Source: a virus (Duplodnaviria > Caudoviricetes). Taken from it: a stretch of 53,474 nt of DNA. The notes below the pieces were generated by a model. That model was not told the DNA's origin and did no database searches. It saw nothing but the letters and a program-made list of their open reading frames with translations. The DNA lies in IMG/VR virus record IMGVR_UViG_3300045284_000563, positions 1 through 53,474 of that record, one strand, 5' to 3'. This document shows positions 24,469-33,612 of this stretch, piece after piece (position 1 is the stretch's first letter; each line of letters starts with the position of its first letter). The position numbers and the translations under genes were made by a program.

Positions 24469-25592
24469 AAGTCTATCTTCTTGAGACGAAAACCACCTCC
24501 GAGGATCTCGGCCCCGGCTCCACCTTCTGGAAACGCACCATCCTCGACCCTCAGCTCTCGCTCTATCTTCCTGCGCTCCGCAAGATGGGCCACGACCCTC
24601 ACGGGTGCGTCTACGACGTGCTTCGGAAGCCCGGACAACTCCCGTCAACCGTTGCTCTGCTCGATGAGCAAGGTCTCAAGATCGTACTCGACGCGAGCGG
24701 TCAGCGCGTAACCACCAAAGCCGGAAAATGGCGTCAGACCGGCGACGCTGATGCGGGCTATGTACTTCAGTCTCGTCCAGAGACTCCAGAGGAGTACGGC
24801 CTCCGGTGTCTCGAGGCCATCGCCGAGAACCCGGACCGGTACTACGCGCGTGGCGTCGTCGTGCGGCTCGAGTCTGACGAGCGCGAAGCGGCGTTCGACA
24901 CCTGGAACACGGCAACGCAGATGCGAGAAGCGCGACGCCTCAACATCTACCCTCGTAACCCTGATTCCTGCGTGAACTGGGGCCGCGAGTGCGACTACTT
25001 GAACGTGTGCGCCGGCATGGCGGACATCAACGACCCGCTGTTCTTTCGATTCGAGGAAGACGTTCATGAAGAACTCGCTGAGGAAGGCGTAGCTACGAAA
25101 CTGACCGACGACGCGAGCTTGCTCACGCAGAGCGCGATGCGCGCCTACCGGTCATGTCCGCGTAAGTTTCAGTTGCGATACGTGGCGAGAATTCGACCGA
25201 TCAAGAAACCTGAGACGCTCACCACTGGTCACAGTGTTCACGCGGCGCTCGATGCGTTCCGAAGAACCGGTGGAGATATCGACGCAGCGAAGAAAGCGCT
25301 CGAGACCGAAGATCTGTTCGTTCGCGCAAAGGAAGAGGCGATGCTCATGGGCTACGCCGCTCGCTGGGGCAAGCCCACCGGCGTTGTCGCAATCGAGCAG
25401 ACGTTCCGGATCCCTTTGATCAACCCCGACACCGGTGCGGCATCGCGCACGTTCTCGCTCGGCGGCAGAGTGGACGCGATCGTCTCTGCTGATTCGGCTC
25501 AAGAGCTCATGAGCGCGATGCCGGTAGTGCCGGCGGACAACTTGGAAGCGACGCTCGAGGCGTCAATCAAACAACTGGAAGGAGTCCCATGA
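24465..25592 (+). CDS. Cas4/RecB-like PD-(D/E)XK exonuclease, circularly permuted
   Basis: Order is ETKT-QLSLY-CxxxxxxCxYxxxC first, then SAMRAYRSCPRKF...GHSVH..L...E..F...GRVD. Confidence 0.75.
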   Translation: MKVYLLETKTTSEDLGPGSTFWKRTILDPQLSLYLPALRKMGHDPHGCVYDVLRKPGQLPSTVALLDEQGLKIVLDASGQRVTTKAGKWRQTGDADAGYVLQSRPETPEEYGLRCLEAIAENPDRYYARGVVVRLESDEREAAFDTWNTATQMREARRLNIYPRNPDSCVNWGRECDYLNVCAGMADINDPLFFRFEEDVHEELAEEGVATKLTDDASLLTQSAMRAYRSCPRKFQLRYVARIRPIKKPETLTTGHSVHAALDAFRRTGGDIDAAKKALETEDLFVRAKEEAMLMGYAARWGKPTGVVAIEQTFRIPLINPDTGAASRTFSLGGRVDAIVSADSAQELMSAMPVVPADNLEATLEASIKQLEGVP

Positions 25593-26497
25593 TCGATCCG
25601 AAGCGCATCACCGAAGGTAAACAGAAACGCGAGCCGCGAGTACTCATCTACGGAGGTGACGGCGTCGGCAAAACTCGCTTCGCCGCCGGGGCTCCGGACC
25701 CGTTTTTCATCGACGCGAACAGGGGCAGTCTCGAGTACGACGTCAAGCGTGTGATACCGGATACGTGGCCAGAGGTCCTCGAGCTGATCGATGCGGTCGA
25801 AAAAAACTCGATCAAGTGCAAGAGTCTCGTTCTCGACGCGGTCGGCGATCTCGAGCACATGGGTAACGCTGAGTTCTTTCCCGGAACGACGATCGACAAA
25901 TGGGACGGCGGCTACGGGCGCGGAGAAACGTACGCGCTCACACGTTGGCGCGAACTTCTGGGAGCTCTCGAGCGTGTGTGGACCTCCGGAAAGACCATCA
26001 TTCTAGTCGGACACATGCAAGTGAAACACTTCGACGACCCGACCGGGCCCGGGTTCGATCGGTTTGGAGTGGCCATGCGCGAAAGGATCGCTGGTCTCAT
26101 CCGACAGTGGTCGGACTACGTATTTTTTGCGCGTGAAGAGGTTTCTCAACAAAAGGTGAGCGGCGACATCAAAGCCGTAACCAACGGAACGCGCTGGATC
26201 TACACGCACCGTTGTCCGGCGTTCGATGCCAAGTCACGAGGCACAACTCTCTTTCCGGACAGAATCCTTCTCTCGTGGGACGAGTTTGCTAAATCGAGAT
26301 CCGCGGACGCAGAGCGCGCGGTCGAGCTCCGTAAAGAGATCGACTCGATGCTCGTCGAGATCGGGGACAAGAAGCTCGACGAAATGGTGAAGGAGTACCT
26401 CAGGGCGAACCCGGGGATGATCGTCGAGGCGCGCAACCGCGTGTCTGCTCGATTGGACGAGACGCGCGCAAGTGCGTCGCAACAGGCAACAAAGTAA
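25589..26497 (+). CDS. Sak4-like AAA ATPase (ssDNA-annealing protein)
   Basis: LIYGGDGVGKT, LVLD, GGYGRG, LVGH, AK.R. Confidence 0.85.
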   Translation: MIDPKRITEGKQKREPRVLIYGGDGVGKTRFAAGAPDPFFIDANRGSLEYDVKRVIPDTWPEVLELIDAVEKNSIKCKSLVLDAVGDLEHMGNAEFFPGTTIDKWDGGYGRGETYALTRWRELLGALERVWTSGKTIILVGHMQVKHFDDPTGPGFDRFGVAMRERIAGLIRQWSDYVFFAREEVSQQKVSGDIKAVTNGTRWIYTHRCPAFDAKSRGTTLFPDRILLSWDEFAKSRSADAERAVELRKEIDSMLVEIGDKKLDEMVKEYLRANPGMIVEARNRVSARLDETRASASQQATK

Positions 26498-26508
26498 AAG
26501 GAGAGATC

Positions 26509-26988
26509 ATGATCAACGCTGGAAACTACGAAGGCAAAGCGATCAAGGGGAAGGTGCAACTCGGAGAAACCCCGAACGGCACGCTCCAGATTGCGATCGA
26601 CATGGATCTGTTCGAGAAGGACAAAAACGAAACCATCGGTCAGATGACGACGTTCCTGTACTTCAGCGACTCGGCTGCCGTGTACTCCTACGAGCGACTT
26701 CGCTTGCTCGGGTGGAAGGGCAAGGGGCCGGAGGACATCGACAAGCTCGATGACATTTTCGACGTGAAGGTTCCGGTTCGGGTGACGGCTCCAGAGTCCT
26801 ACAAGGACAAAGACGGATCGATGAAGACGGGAACTAGCAAGCTCGAAATCATGGCCGGCGCGGGCACCGTCATTCTGAACAAGCCCCTCGACGCGAACAC
26901 GTTCAAGGCAAGGCTCCGAGCTATCGGTGGCGGCGGTGGCGGAAGCGCTCCGGCCGGCGGTGGGGGCGCGAACCCTCCCCCGTTCTGA
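26509..26988 (+). CDS. Putative ssDNA-binding protein
   Basis: Follows Sak4; beta-rich, Gly-rich tail ending PPF. Confidence 0.65.
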   Translation: MINAGNYEGKAIKGKVQLGETPNGTLQIAIDMDLFEKDKNETIGQMTTFLYFSDSAAVYSYERLRLLGWKGKGPEDIDKLDDIFDVKVPVRVTAPESYKDKDGSMKTGTSKLEIMAGAGTVILNKPLDANTFKARLRAIGGGGGGSAPAGGGGANPPPF

Positions 26989-27016
26989 TCCAAAAAAAGG
27001 TGTATAGCAGGTGAAT

Positions 27017-27045
27017 AGAAGGTGGGCGCCGGGCGTCCACCTTTT
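27017..27045 (+). terminator. Intrinsic terminator-like hairpin
   Basis: AAGGTGGGCGCC/GGCGTCCACCTT stem followed by Ts. Confidence 0.5.
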
Positions 27046-27071
27046 ACACATCGGGAAAAGGAGATCCCACC

Positions 27072-28499
27072 ATGACCAAGAAAAACTGGACCAAGTATCA
27101 GCTCGCGATTTTCAATAACGTTGCCACTGGAACGGGCCACACTGTCGTCAGCGCCGTCGCCGGTAGCGGTAAAACCACCACGATCGTCGAAGCCCTGACC
27201 CACATCCCGTCGGGCTGTACGACGCTCTTCGTGGCCTTCAATAAGAGCATCGCCAACGAGCTCGATAAGCGCGCTCCTCGCGGTGTTGAGGTCTCCACGC
27301 TGCATTCCTACGGTCTAAAGACCATCACCCGCGCTTTCGGGCGCCTCCGCATCGACGCCAAGCGAGTGGACGACATGGTGCGCGCCATGCACGGCGACGA
27401 GTCGAAAACGTTCGACTTTCGTCGTGACCTCGCGAAAACGGTCTCGCTCGCCAAGGGGATGCTCGCCAGCGACGAAGCCGAGATCGACGCCATCATCGAC
27501 GCTTTCGGTATCGAGTCGGCGAAGAACGGGTCTAGGGCAGCGTTCGTCGCGGACGTGCTCAAGATCCTGCTTCGGTGCACCGAGGTCTCTGAGGACGGGC
27601 GCATCGACTTCGATGACATGATCTGGCTCCCGGTCGTGTTGAAGCTCACGCAATTGCAGTTCGATCGCGTGTTCGTCGACGAGACCCAGGACCTGAACGC
27701 GGCTCAGATCGAGATGACGATGCGCGCGGTCAAGCCCGGTGGCCGTATCTGCGCGGTCGGCGACCCTCGGCAGGCGATCTACGGTTTTCGTGGTGCGGAC
27801 TCGAGCGCCGTTGACAACGTCGTGAAGAGACTCGACGCGACCGTGCTCCCGCTCAGTGTGTGTTACCGCTGCTGCAAAGCGGTCATCCAAACGGCGAAAG
27901 AGGTCGTTCCGGAGATCGAGTGGGCGCCGGACGCCGAGGACGGCATGGTGAGCGATGCGACGGTTCAGGAAATGAAGCAAGGAGCTCGCGCGGGCGACTT
28001 CATCCTGAGCCGCTCGAATGCGCCGCTGATTTCGCTTTGCATGTACTTCATCAGGGAAGGCCGCCCGGCGAACATTCAGGGTCGCGACGTCGGCGCGAGT
28101 CTCGCTGCGTTCGTCAAGAAGAGCAAGGCGAAGAACGTGGAGGCGCTCTGTGACTACGTCGAGGACTGGCGCGACAAGGAATGCGCTCGTCTCGCTGCGA
28201 AGCACCGCGACACCCAGGCGGTCGAAGACCGCGCGGAGTGCATTCTGGCGCTTAGTGAGGGTGCAGCGTCAGTCGCCGACGTCATCGAACGCATCGAATC
28301 GATGTTCGCCGACAAGGACGACCTGTCGAGGATCACGCTATCAACGACGCACAAGGCCAAGGGCCTAGAGCGAGACCGGGTGTGGATACTCGCATCGACC
28401 TACCGACGCCGGCCGGGCGCGGAAGAGGAAAATCTCTACTACGTGGCAGTGACTAGGGCCCGCAAGGAGCTCTTCCTCGTCGAGGGGAAGATCAAGTGA
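27072..28499 (+). CDS. UvrD/Rep-like SF1A helicase
   Basis: AVAGSGKT, AFNK, VDETQD, VGDPRQAIYGFRGA, THKAKGLE, YVAVTRA. Confidence 0.93.
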   Translation: MTKKNWTKYQLAIFNNVATGTGHTVVSAVAGSGKTTTIVEALTHIPSGCTTLFVAFNKSIANELDKRAPRGVEVSTLHSYGLKTITRAFGRLRIDAKRVDDMVRAMHGDESKTFDFRRDLAKTVSLAKGMLASDEAEIDAIIDAFGIESAKNGSRAAFVADVLKILLRCTEVSEDGRIDFDDMIWLPVVLKLTQLQFDRVFVDETQDLNAAQIEMTMRAVKPGGRICAVGDPRQAIYGFRGADSSAVDNVVKRLDATVLPLSVCYRCCKAVIQTAKEVVPEIEWAPDAEDGMVSDATVQEMKQGARAGDFILSRSNAPLISLCMYFIREGRPANIQGRDVGASLAAFVKKSKAKNVEALCDYVEDWRDKECARLAAKHRDTQAVEDRAECILALSEGAASVADVIERIESMFADKDDLSRITLSTTHKAKGLERDRVWILASTYRRRPGAEEENLYYVAVTRARKELFLVEGKIK

Positions 28500-28858
28500 A
28501 CCGATTCGTTGATGTCCCTGCCGCCGCCATCCGTGAAAGGTTGGCGGCGGCTGGTTTTCACCTACTACCCGCGGCGAGCGGAGAGGAAGTCTACGAGCGC
28601 CCACACGACAAAGACGGTCGGTATGTCGTCAAGGTGTACTCGTCGATTCAGCGCGGGTCGTCAGGCGTGCGCGAATGCGGAGAGGACGCAATCCGCGTGG
28701 TCGCGCTCCTCGTCACACCAAGAAAGACGTATCCGCTCTTCAAGTCGAAGCGCGTGTACCGGACAGGGAGCGTCGAAGCGGTACTCGGTCGCATGATTGA
28801 ACGCGCACGCGAGGGGTATGCGATCTGCAACGAACATCGAAAGAAGATGGCCGGGTGA
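28496..28858 (+). CDS. Hypothetical protein
   Basis: Coupled; R.CGEDAIRV...KRVYRT. Confidence 0.65.
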   Translation: MNRFVDVPAAAIRERLAAAGFHLLPAASGEEVYERPHDKDGRYVVKVYSSIQRGSSGVRECGEDAIRVVALLVTPRKTYPLFKSKRVYRTGSVEAVLGRMIERAREGYAICNEHRKKMAG

Positions 28859-29190
28859 CAGAGGAAGAAAAAGCCCCCGACACGATGCCCGTGCCGACAC
28901 CCCCGCTCGAGAGCGGCGTCGCTGCCGCCCCACGGCGAAAGCGCCCCGAGCCCGTCATCCGCCCGGTCGACGCGATGCTCGCTGAAATCGAGAAGCGCGA
29001 AGGCGTCGTCGAGCCAACGCTCGTGCTCGTCGTGCTCAAAGCGTACCGCTCGCTCGAGGCGACGAACCGCGCGCAGCGCGAGATCATCGAGAAACACGTC
29101 GAAATGATCTCTAGCTTGAAAAGAACGGACGAGCGTATGCGAGTGCAACTCAAAGCCGAGCAGAAAGCACGAAGGAGAGCATCGAGATGA
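28855..29190 (+). CDS. Hypothetical coiled-coil protein
   Basis: Coupled ORF. Confidence 0.55.
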   Translation: MTEEEKAPDTMPVPTPPLESGVAAAPRRKRPEPVIRPVDAMLAEIEKREGVVEPTLVLVVLKAYRSLEATNRAQREIIEKHVEMISSLKRTDERMRVQLKAEQKARRRASR

Positions 29191-29441
29191 GTGACGAATC
29201 AAAAGTAACTGACGAAGCTCACTGGCTCTTGTACTCGGCTTTCATTCCGCACACGGACGAGTGGTTCACGGTGGCTCAATGGCTCGATATACACAACAAA
29301 GCCAAATACAACTGGGCGGTCGAGAACCGTGATGTCGGACTGCTCTTGGCTGCTTTCGAACTGCTTGTTCGGACCGGACATCTTGAAGGGGGTACGGACG
29401 AGTTTGGTGCGCGTGTTTTTAGAAGGAGAATTTCAAGATGA
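29187..29441 (+). CDS. Hypothetical protein
   Basis: Coupled ORF. Confidence 0.55.
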   Translation: MSDESKVTDEAHWLLYSAFIPHTDEWFTVAQWLDIHNKAKYNWAVENRDVGLLLAAFELLVRTGHLEGGTDEFGARVFRRRISR

Positions 29442-29815
29442 ACTACAACGGAATGAAAATCGACATGCGAACGCAAACGGGAGTTCGAGATCAGGTACAC
29501 GCCTCGATGATGGCCCTCAAGGTGCAAGCGCGACAGATTTGGGGCGACAGACGGTACACGCTCTTCGAGGTTACGGTCCGGTTGATGGTCGGCGTTGGCG
29601 ATCTCGCTCGGCTCGCGCGCGATAGAGGGGCGCCGATAGCGCCGAACTTTGCGATAGATCAGGAGAGCTGGAATCACGAGCTCAAGAAAGAGCTCGGCAA
29701 CATCGTCTTCTCGACCATCCGCTGGATCGATGATCTCGGCCTAGACGTGCTCGAGTGTCTCGATCTCGCGATCGAGGCTCAGGAGAAGTTCGCGAACAGC
29801 GGGAGGCCGCGGTGA
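29438..29815 (+). CDS. MazG-like fold protein (degenerate)
   Basis: VGDLAR...ELKKELGNIVF...LGLD. Confidence 0.55.
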   Translation: MNYNGMKIDMRTQTGVRDQVHASMMALKVQARQIWGDRRYTLFEVTVRLMVGVGDLARLARDRGAPIAPNFAIDQESWNHELKKELGNIVFSTIRWIDDLGLDVLECLDLAIEAQEKFANSGRPR

Positions 29816-30129
29816 GCGCACGAAGAGATCGGATCGAGCAGCTTCGTGATCAGCAAAGGGCAATCGATGCGGAAATTAGAGTACTCGAGACTGAAGAGCG
29901 TCACGCGAATCAGATCGTTCAGCTCGAACAAAATCCGAACGTGCTCAAGGCTGAGCCCGGAGCCAACATCCGCGACTATTGCAACGATCTCGTGCTGCAC
30001 GCGAAACGGTTGAACTGCACGATACGCGGGGCTTTCAATCTCATGCCGCTAGAGGCTTCCCCGTCCACTGACGCGGCTGAATTGGTACTACGGGGCTACT
30101 ACGACAAGCTGCCGGTGAGGCCGCGATGA
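29812..30129 (+). CDS. Hypothetical protein
   Basis: Coupled GTG start. Confidence 0.55.
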   Translation: MSARRDRIEQLRDQQRAIDAEIRVLETEERHANQIVQLEQNPNVLKAEPGANIRDYCNDLVLHAKRLNCTIRGAFNLMPLEASPSTDAAELVLRGYYDKLPVRPR

Positions 30130-30329
30130 AAGGCGTGACGCAGGTGGTAGTCATGCGACGTGGTGAACGTTGGCGCGCGAAGGCTCTTGCGGCCCCTGGT
30201 TTGATGGCCGAAGGGACAACGAAAGCCGGAGCTATCGAGTCGTTGCGGCAACTTTTGATCTCAAACTTCAGCGATCTCGACGAAGTCGACGATGTGGATC
30301 TGTTGCTCGATGTGCCGTTCAGGGGTTGA
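30126..30329 (+). CDS. HicB-like small protein
   Basis: W.A....PGLMAEGTTKAGAIESL. Confidence 0.55.
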   Translation: MKGVTQVVVMRRGERWRAKALAAPGLMAEGTTKAGAIESLRQLLISNFSDLDEVDDVDLLLDVPFRG

Positions 30330-30336
30330 AAAACAA

Positions 30337-30675
30337 ATGCTCAAAAGCGAACGCACCTTCACAACGACCTACACCGGTGGCGCTCCGAACGGGATCGCAA
30401 TCCTTCGCACCGATGGCTCGCTACTCGTGCAGCCTGACCGGGGTATGAAGTTCGTCATCGACGGAGTCGCCGAGGCCGTGCTCGAAGAGAACGCCGCGTA
30501 CCTCGCGTGGCGTGAGTCTCAAGGCGGAACGCCGGGCACGCCGCCAGAGGATCTCGGAGAAGATCACGGGTACGTACCGCCACGCGAACCGTGTGATGAG
30601 TGTGACGGGAACGGGATCATACAGAAGAACGACTACGATTCTTTTACGTGTCCGAAGTGTAAAGGGGCCGGGTGA
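30337..30675 (+). CDS. Hypothetical protein with DnaJ-type Zn motif
   Basis: CDECDGNG...CPKCKGAG. Confidence 0.6.
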   Translation: MLKSERTFTTTYTGGAPNGIAILRTDGSLLVQPDRGMKFVIDGVAEAVLEENAAYLAWRESQGGTPGTPPEDLGEDHGYVPPREPCDECDGNGIIQKNDYDSFTCPKCKGAG

Positions 30676-31041
30676 ATGTTGATAGGTATCTCAGGTTTGG
30701 CAGGCTCAGGCAAAGACAAGTGCGCGGAAGAGAACTACGCGCGATATCGCAACTACATCGATCGTCGAAGTGCCAAGCACGCCAGCGAGCACGGGGGTGA
30801 GCAACCCAAGGGTATGGATCGGAAGCGCATCTTCGAGAGCGCGAGCCCGTATCTATCCCATGCTTGCGAGACGTCGTTCATATGGACGACGAACCCGATC
30901 GCGCTCGCGAAGATGTTCAAGGAGCGCGACAACGAAGCAGCCGATCTCGAGTACCTGCGACTCGCTCGAAAGTGGAAGCGGGTGTGCGTCAAGCGCTGGC
31001 CGAACCTTTTCCCTCAGCCGTGGATGCAAGGCGCGTCGTGA
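30676..31041 (+). pseudogene. Chimera: dNMP-kinase N-terminus fused to ThyX-like C-terminus
   Basis: MLIGISGLAGSGKD P-loop, then RKRIFESASPYLSHACETSFIWTTN..AL...ER....ADLEY..LA. Confidence 0.55.
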
Positions 31042-31439
31042 GCGATCGCACGATCGCGGACATGTCTCTAGAGGAGCAGATCCAGCGCCTCGTCAATCAG
31101 CGCAATGAACTGTGGCGTCTCTTGGACAGTTTTTCCTTCGAGTTCGGCGGCAACGCGGGAGAAGGGGGTTCGTGGATGCGTGACGACGATTACGTCTCGC
31201 CGGAGGCGCGCGTGGAAGTTGATGACGATGGCACCGTCGTCGTTGAAATCAAGAGCAACATGGAGGGGCTTTGCGCAGTCAGAAACGCAGCGGAGAAACT
31301 CTGGCACCAGGCGAGAGCAATCGTCGGCAACACGTATGTCGTCGAAGGATACAATCCTCACGTCGACGAAGCACTTCCGCAAGGCGAGCTGCCGAAGGGG
31401 CACGAGCTGTACTCTCGCACTACTACGAAAGCGTGGTGA
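31038..31439 (+). CDS. Hypothetical protein
   Basis: Coupled GTG start. Confidence 0.55.
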   Translation: MSDRTIADMSLEEQIQRLVNQRNELWRLLDSFSFEFGGNAGEGGSWMRDDDYVSPEARVEVDDDGTVVVEIKSNMEGLCAVRNAAEKLWHQARAIVGNTYVVEGYNPHVDEALPQGELPKGHELYSRTTTKAW

Positions 31440-31444
31440 GCAAT

Positions 31445-31888
31445 CTAGAGGTTCGCAGCGATCGTCACACGCTCGACGTCGACCTTGAGCACCCAGTGCC
31501 ACAGGCTTTGCGGAAAAACGATTAGCTGTCCGGCGCGATCCGGAACAACGACGTCCGGCTCGAAGTAGAGCGCGCTTTTGCTGTTCGTGAGGCACCACAC
31601 CGCTATCAGATCTCGCCCGATGCCGTGTCGGTGCTTCGTGTACTCCGCGCCCGGGGGCAGTATGGTGCCCCAGCAGGTACCGAGAGCGCTCTTGAAGCCC
31701 GCGCGTTCTAGGCGGCGCCACATGGCTTCTCCGAGCCAGTCCGTGCCGATTCGAAACCCGTGCGTCTGCCAGCCGCCGATGGAGTGGTTGGCGGTCTGCC
31801 CTACTGGATCTCGGGCGCGCTCGAGTTGAAGTCGCGCGACGAGATCGGCGCATCCGATCGCTTCCGAGTCGGAGTGGAGCTCAAACAA
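31445..31888 (-). CDS. 2OG-Fe(II) oxygenase-like protein
   Basis: W..ILPPG....KHRH...VW.L...GQLIVFP..LWHWV....R.TIA.N. Confidence 0.75.
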   Translation of the reverse strand: MFELHSDSEAIGCADLVARLQLERARDPVGQTANHSIGGWQTHGFRIGTDWLGEAMWRRLERAGFKSALGTCWGTILPPGAEYTKHRHGIGRDLIAVWCLTNSKSALYFEPDVVVPDRAGQLIVFPQSLWHWVLKVDVERVTIAANL

Positions 31889-33374
31889 AAGCGATCGTTG
31901 CCGGCGTGACGGGCACGCCCTTCATGGCGAGCTGGAGTGTTCGCGTGAAGAGTCCCGAGAGGAACGTCGGTACGGGCACCGTCGCGGGTGCTCCAGGCGG
32001 GTTCGGGGGCGGTGACGCGGTTTCCGGTGCTACGAACTGAGCGAGCGGCCCGGCGAGCTCGGTGTTGGTCGGCGGCGCTCCCGAAAGCGAAACGTCGCGA
32101 GCTCCGGTCCGTTTATTGATGACCTCGTCGCCGAGATTGCCCTTGGTGTGCACGCTGTTGTTGTTCGGGGTGTTCATGAGCCCGGTGTTGTTCGTGTCGA
32201 TCCCCGAGTACGCCGTCGTGAGCCGAATGATCTTGGGCGTCACTTGATCGACCGTGTAGAGCGTGCCCATCTGATCGGCGAACTCGATGAGATCGCCGTT
32301 GCTCACGACGCCAGTTTGATCCTCGGTCGTCGGTACGTCCTTTGATCCGGTCGTGACGAGGAAGTCACCCTCGAGCGCTGGCGTTGCCGCACCCTGTTGT
32401 GCGAGCGCGAAGTAGCTCGGCGGCAGGTACGCGAGGTGCCGCTCGATGAGAAGCTGCGCTTCGTCGGTGAGCACGAAGAACGTGCGGTCGCCCTGTCCGG
32501 CGCCGATGCCGGTACCTGGCGTCGCGTTCACAGGGATGTCGGGAAGGTCGTCGGAGAGCTCGCACAGCGTGATCTCGCCGAGGCTGTTGGCGAACCCGCC
32601 GACGCTCACGATGGCTAGGTTCACGATCACAGCGATGTCCGTTCCGAACGACTCGCCGAAGTCGAATAGTGCTGGGCGACGGCCTGTGAGATCGGCCTGC
32701 GCCGTGAACGGTCCTGCGCCGGACGAGTCCAAGTACGTGAGCTCGACCGTACGCGCGCCAGGTCCGGGGTCGATTGCCGGCGTCGTCGCCACACCGTTCG
32801 TGTCGTCGTCAGCGCTCGAATAGACCGCGGCGTGATCGAGCGAGCACGGAGCAGCCACCTCTTTGAACGCTTCCGAGTTTCCGCTCGTGCCGGCGTATGG
32901 CGCGGTGAGTGTGATCTCGGTCGCGTCGACGATCGCGAGCACTGTGTAGAAGACGCCTTCTTGAATCAGAAACTGAATGCTGTCGCCAGGTACGAGTGAC
33001 GCCACCTGCGTCAGCGCAGTCTTGACCGAGTTCGATCCATTCGAAACGAAGAAGCTTCCGGGGAGCGTCTTCGTTGAGCGAAGCGGGTACGGTAGCACGG
33101 GCGGCGTCGACGTCCGCGGCCGGCAAGGGAACGGCGGCGGCGCCGTGGGAGTGTTCTGTTCGTTCATGTTGAGCGTGAGCGTGCGCGTTGCGCTCGTCGC
33201 GTCGTTCGACATCGAGTCGTCGGCGACGGTGAGCCCGAAGATCTGCCCGAGCACCGGATCGGTCGTCGCGTCTTGGTAGAGTGCGACGGCTTGAAGGAGG
33301 GCTTTGGCTTGGAGGGGTCCGAAGGGGGTCCCTGCAACGCTGACGGTCCACGCGAGAACGATTTGGTCGGACAT
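31881..33374 (-). CDS. Putative virion structural protein
   Basis: T/G/P-rich beta protein with an internal duplication (G.F.V..GS..V.T...Q...GD.I.F...G..YTV...I.LT..Y.G). Confidence 0.6.
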   Translation of the reverse strand: MSDQIVLAWTVSVAGTPFGPLQAKALLQAVALYQDATTDPVLGQIFGLTVADDSMSNDATSATRTLTLNMNEQNTPTAPPPFPCRPRTSTPPVLPYPLRSTKTLPGSFFVSNGSNSVKTALTQVASLVPGDSIQFLIQEGVFYTVLAIVDATEITLTAPYAGTSGNSEAFKEVAAPCSLDHAAVYSSADDDTNGVATTPAIDPGPGARTVELTYLDSSGAGPFTAQADLTGRRPALFDFGESFGTDIAVIVNLAIVSVGGFANSLGEITLCELSDDLPDIPVNATPGTGIGAGQGDRTFFVLTDEAQLLIERHLAYLPPSYFALAQQGAATPALEGDFLVTTGSKDVPTTEDQTGVVSNGDLIEFADQMGTLYTVDQVTPKIIRLTTAYSGIDTNNTGLMNTPNNNSVHTKGNLGDEVINKRTGARDVSLSGAPPTNTELAGPLAQFVAPETASPPPNPPGAPATVPVPTFLSGLFTRTLQLAMKGVPVTPATIAFV

Positions 33375-33573
33375 GGGTGGAGAATACACCCTCTCCGGGG
33401 CCTGCTGGCGGCCCTCGTGCGGGACGTCGCCAGGACGACCTCTGGAACGGTCCGCACTCGAAGCCGCGTGGAAGCGCCGCGAGAAGCCGCTCGGAAGCCG
33501 GTCACAACGCGCAGGGGGGTCGCTCGCGCGTCGCACTGTGATCGCACATTGCGCGTTCCGATTGCGCGCCGAG

Positions 33574-33608
33574 CGCTTGTCCGGTATTGGTTCCCTACCG
33601 GACAAACG
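33574..33608. promoter_or_regulatory. lox-like palindrome (candidate recombination or operator site)
   Basis: CGCTTGTCCGGTA-TTGGTTCCC-TACCGGACAAACG: 13-bp arms (12/13 match) with an asymmetric spacer, 4 nt before the recombinase ATG. Confidence 0.6.
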
Positions 33609-33612
33609 TCGA

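Noticed and set aside
24465-25592. Cas4 as part of the RAMP system
   Set aside because: It lies 16 kb away in a standard exonuclease-Sak4-SSB recombination module.
33304-33612. N-terminal extensions of the recombinase and of the divergent 622-aa ORF
   Set aside because: They overlap each other across a divergent regulatory region; plausible starts are 33613 and 33374.
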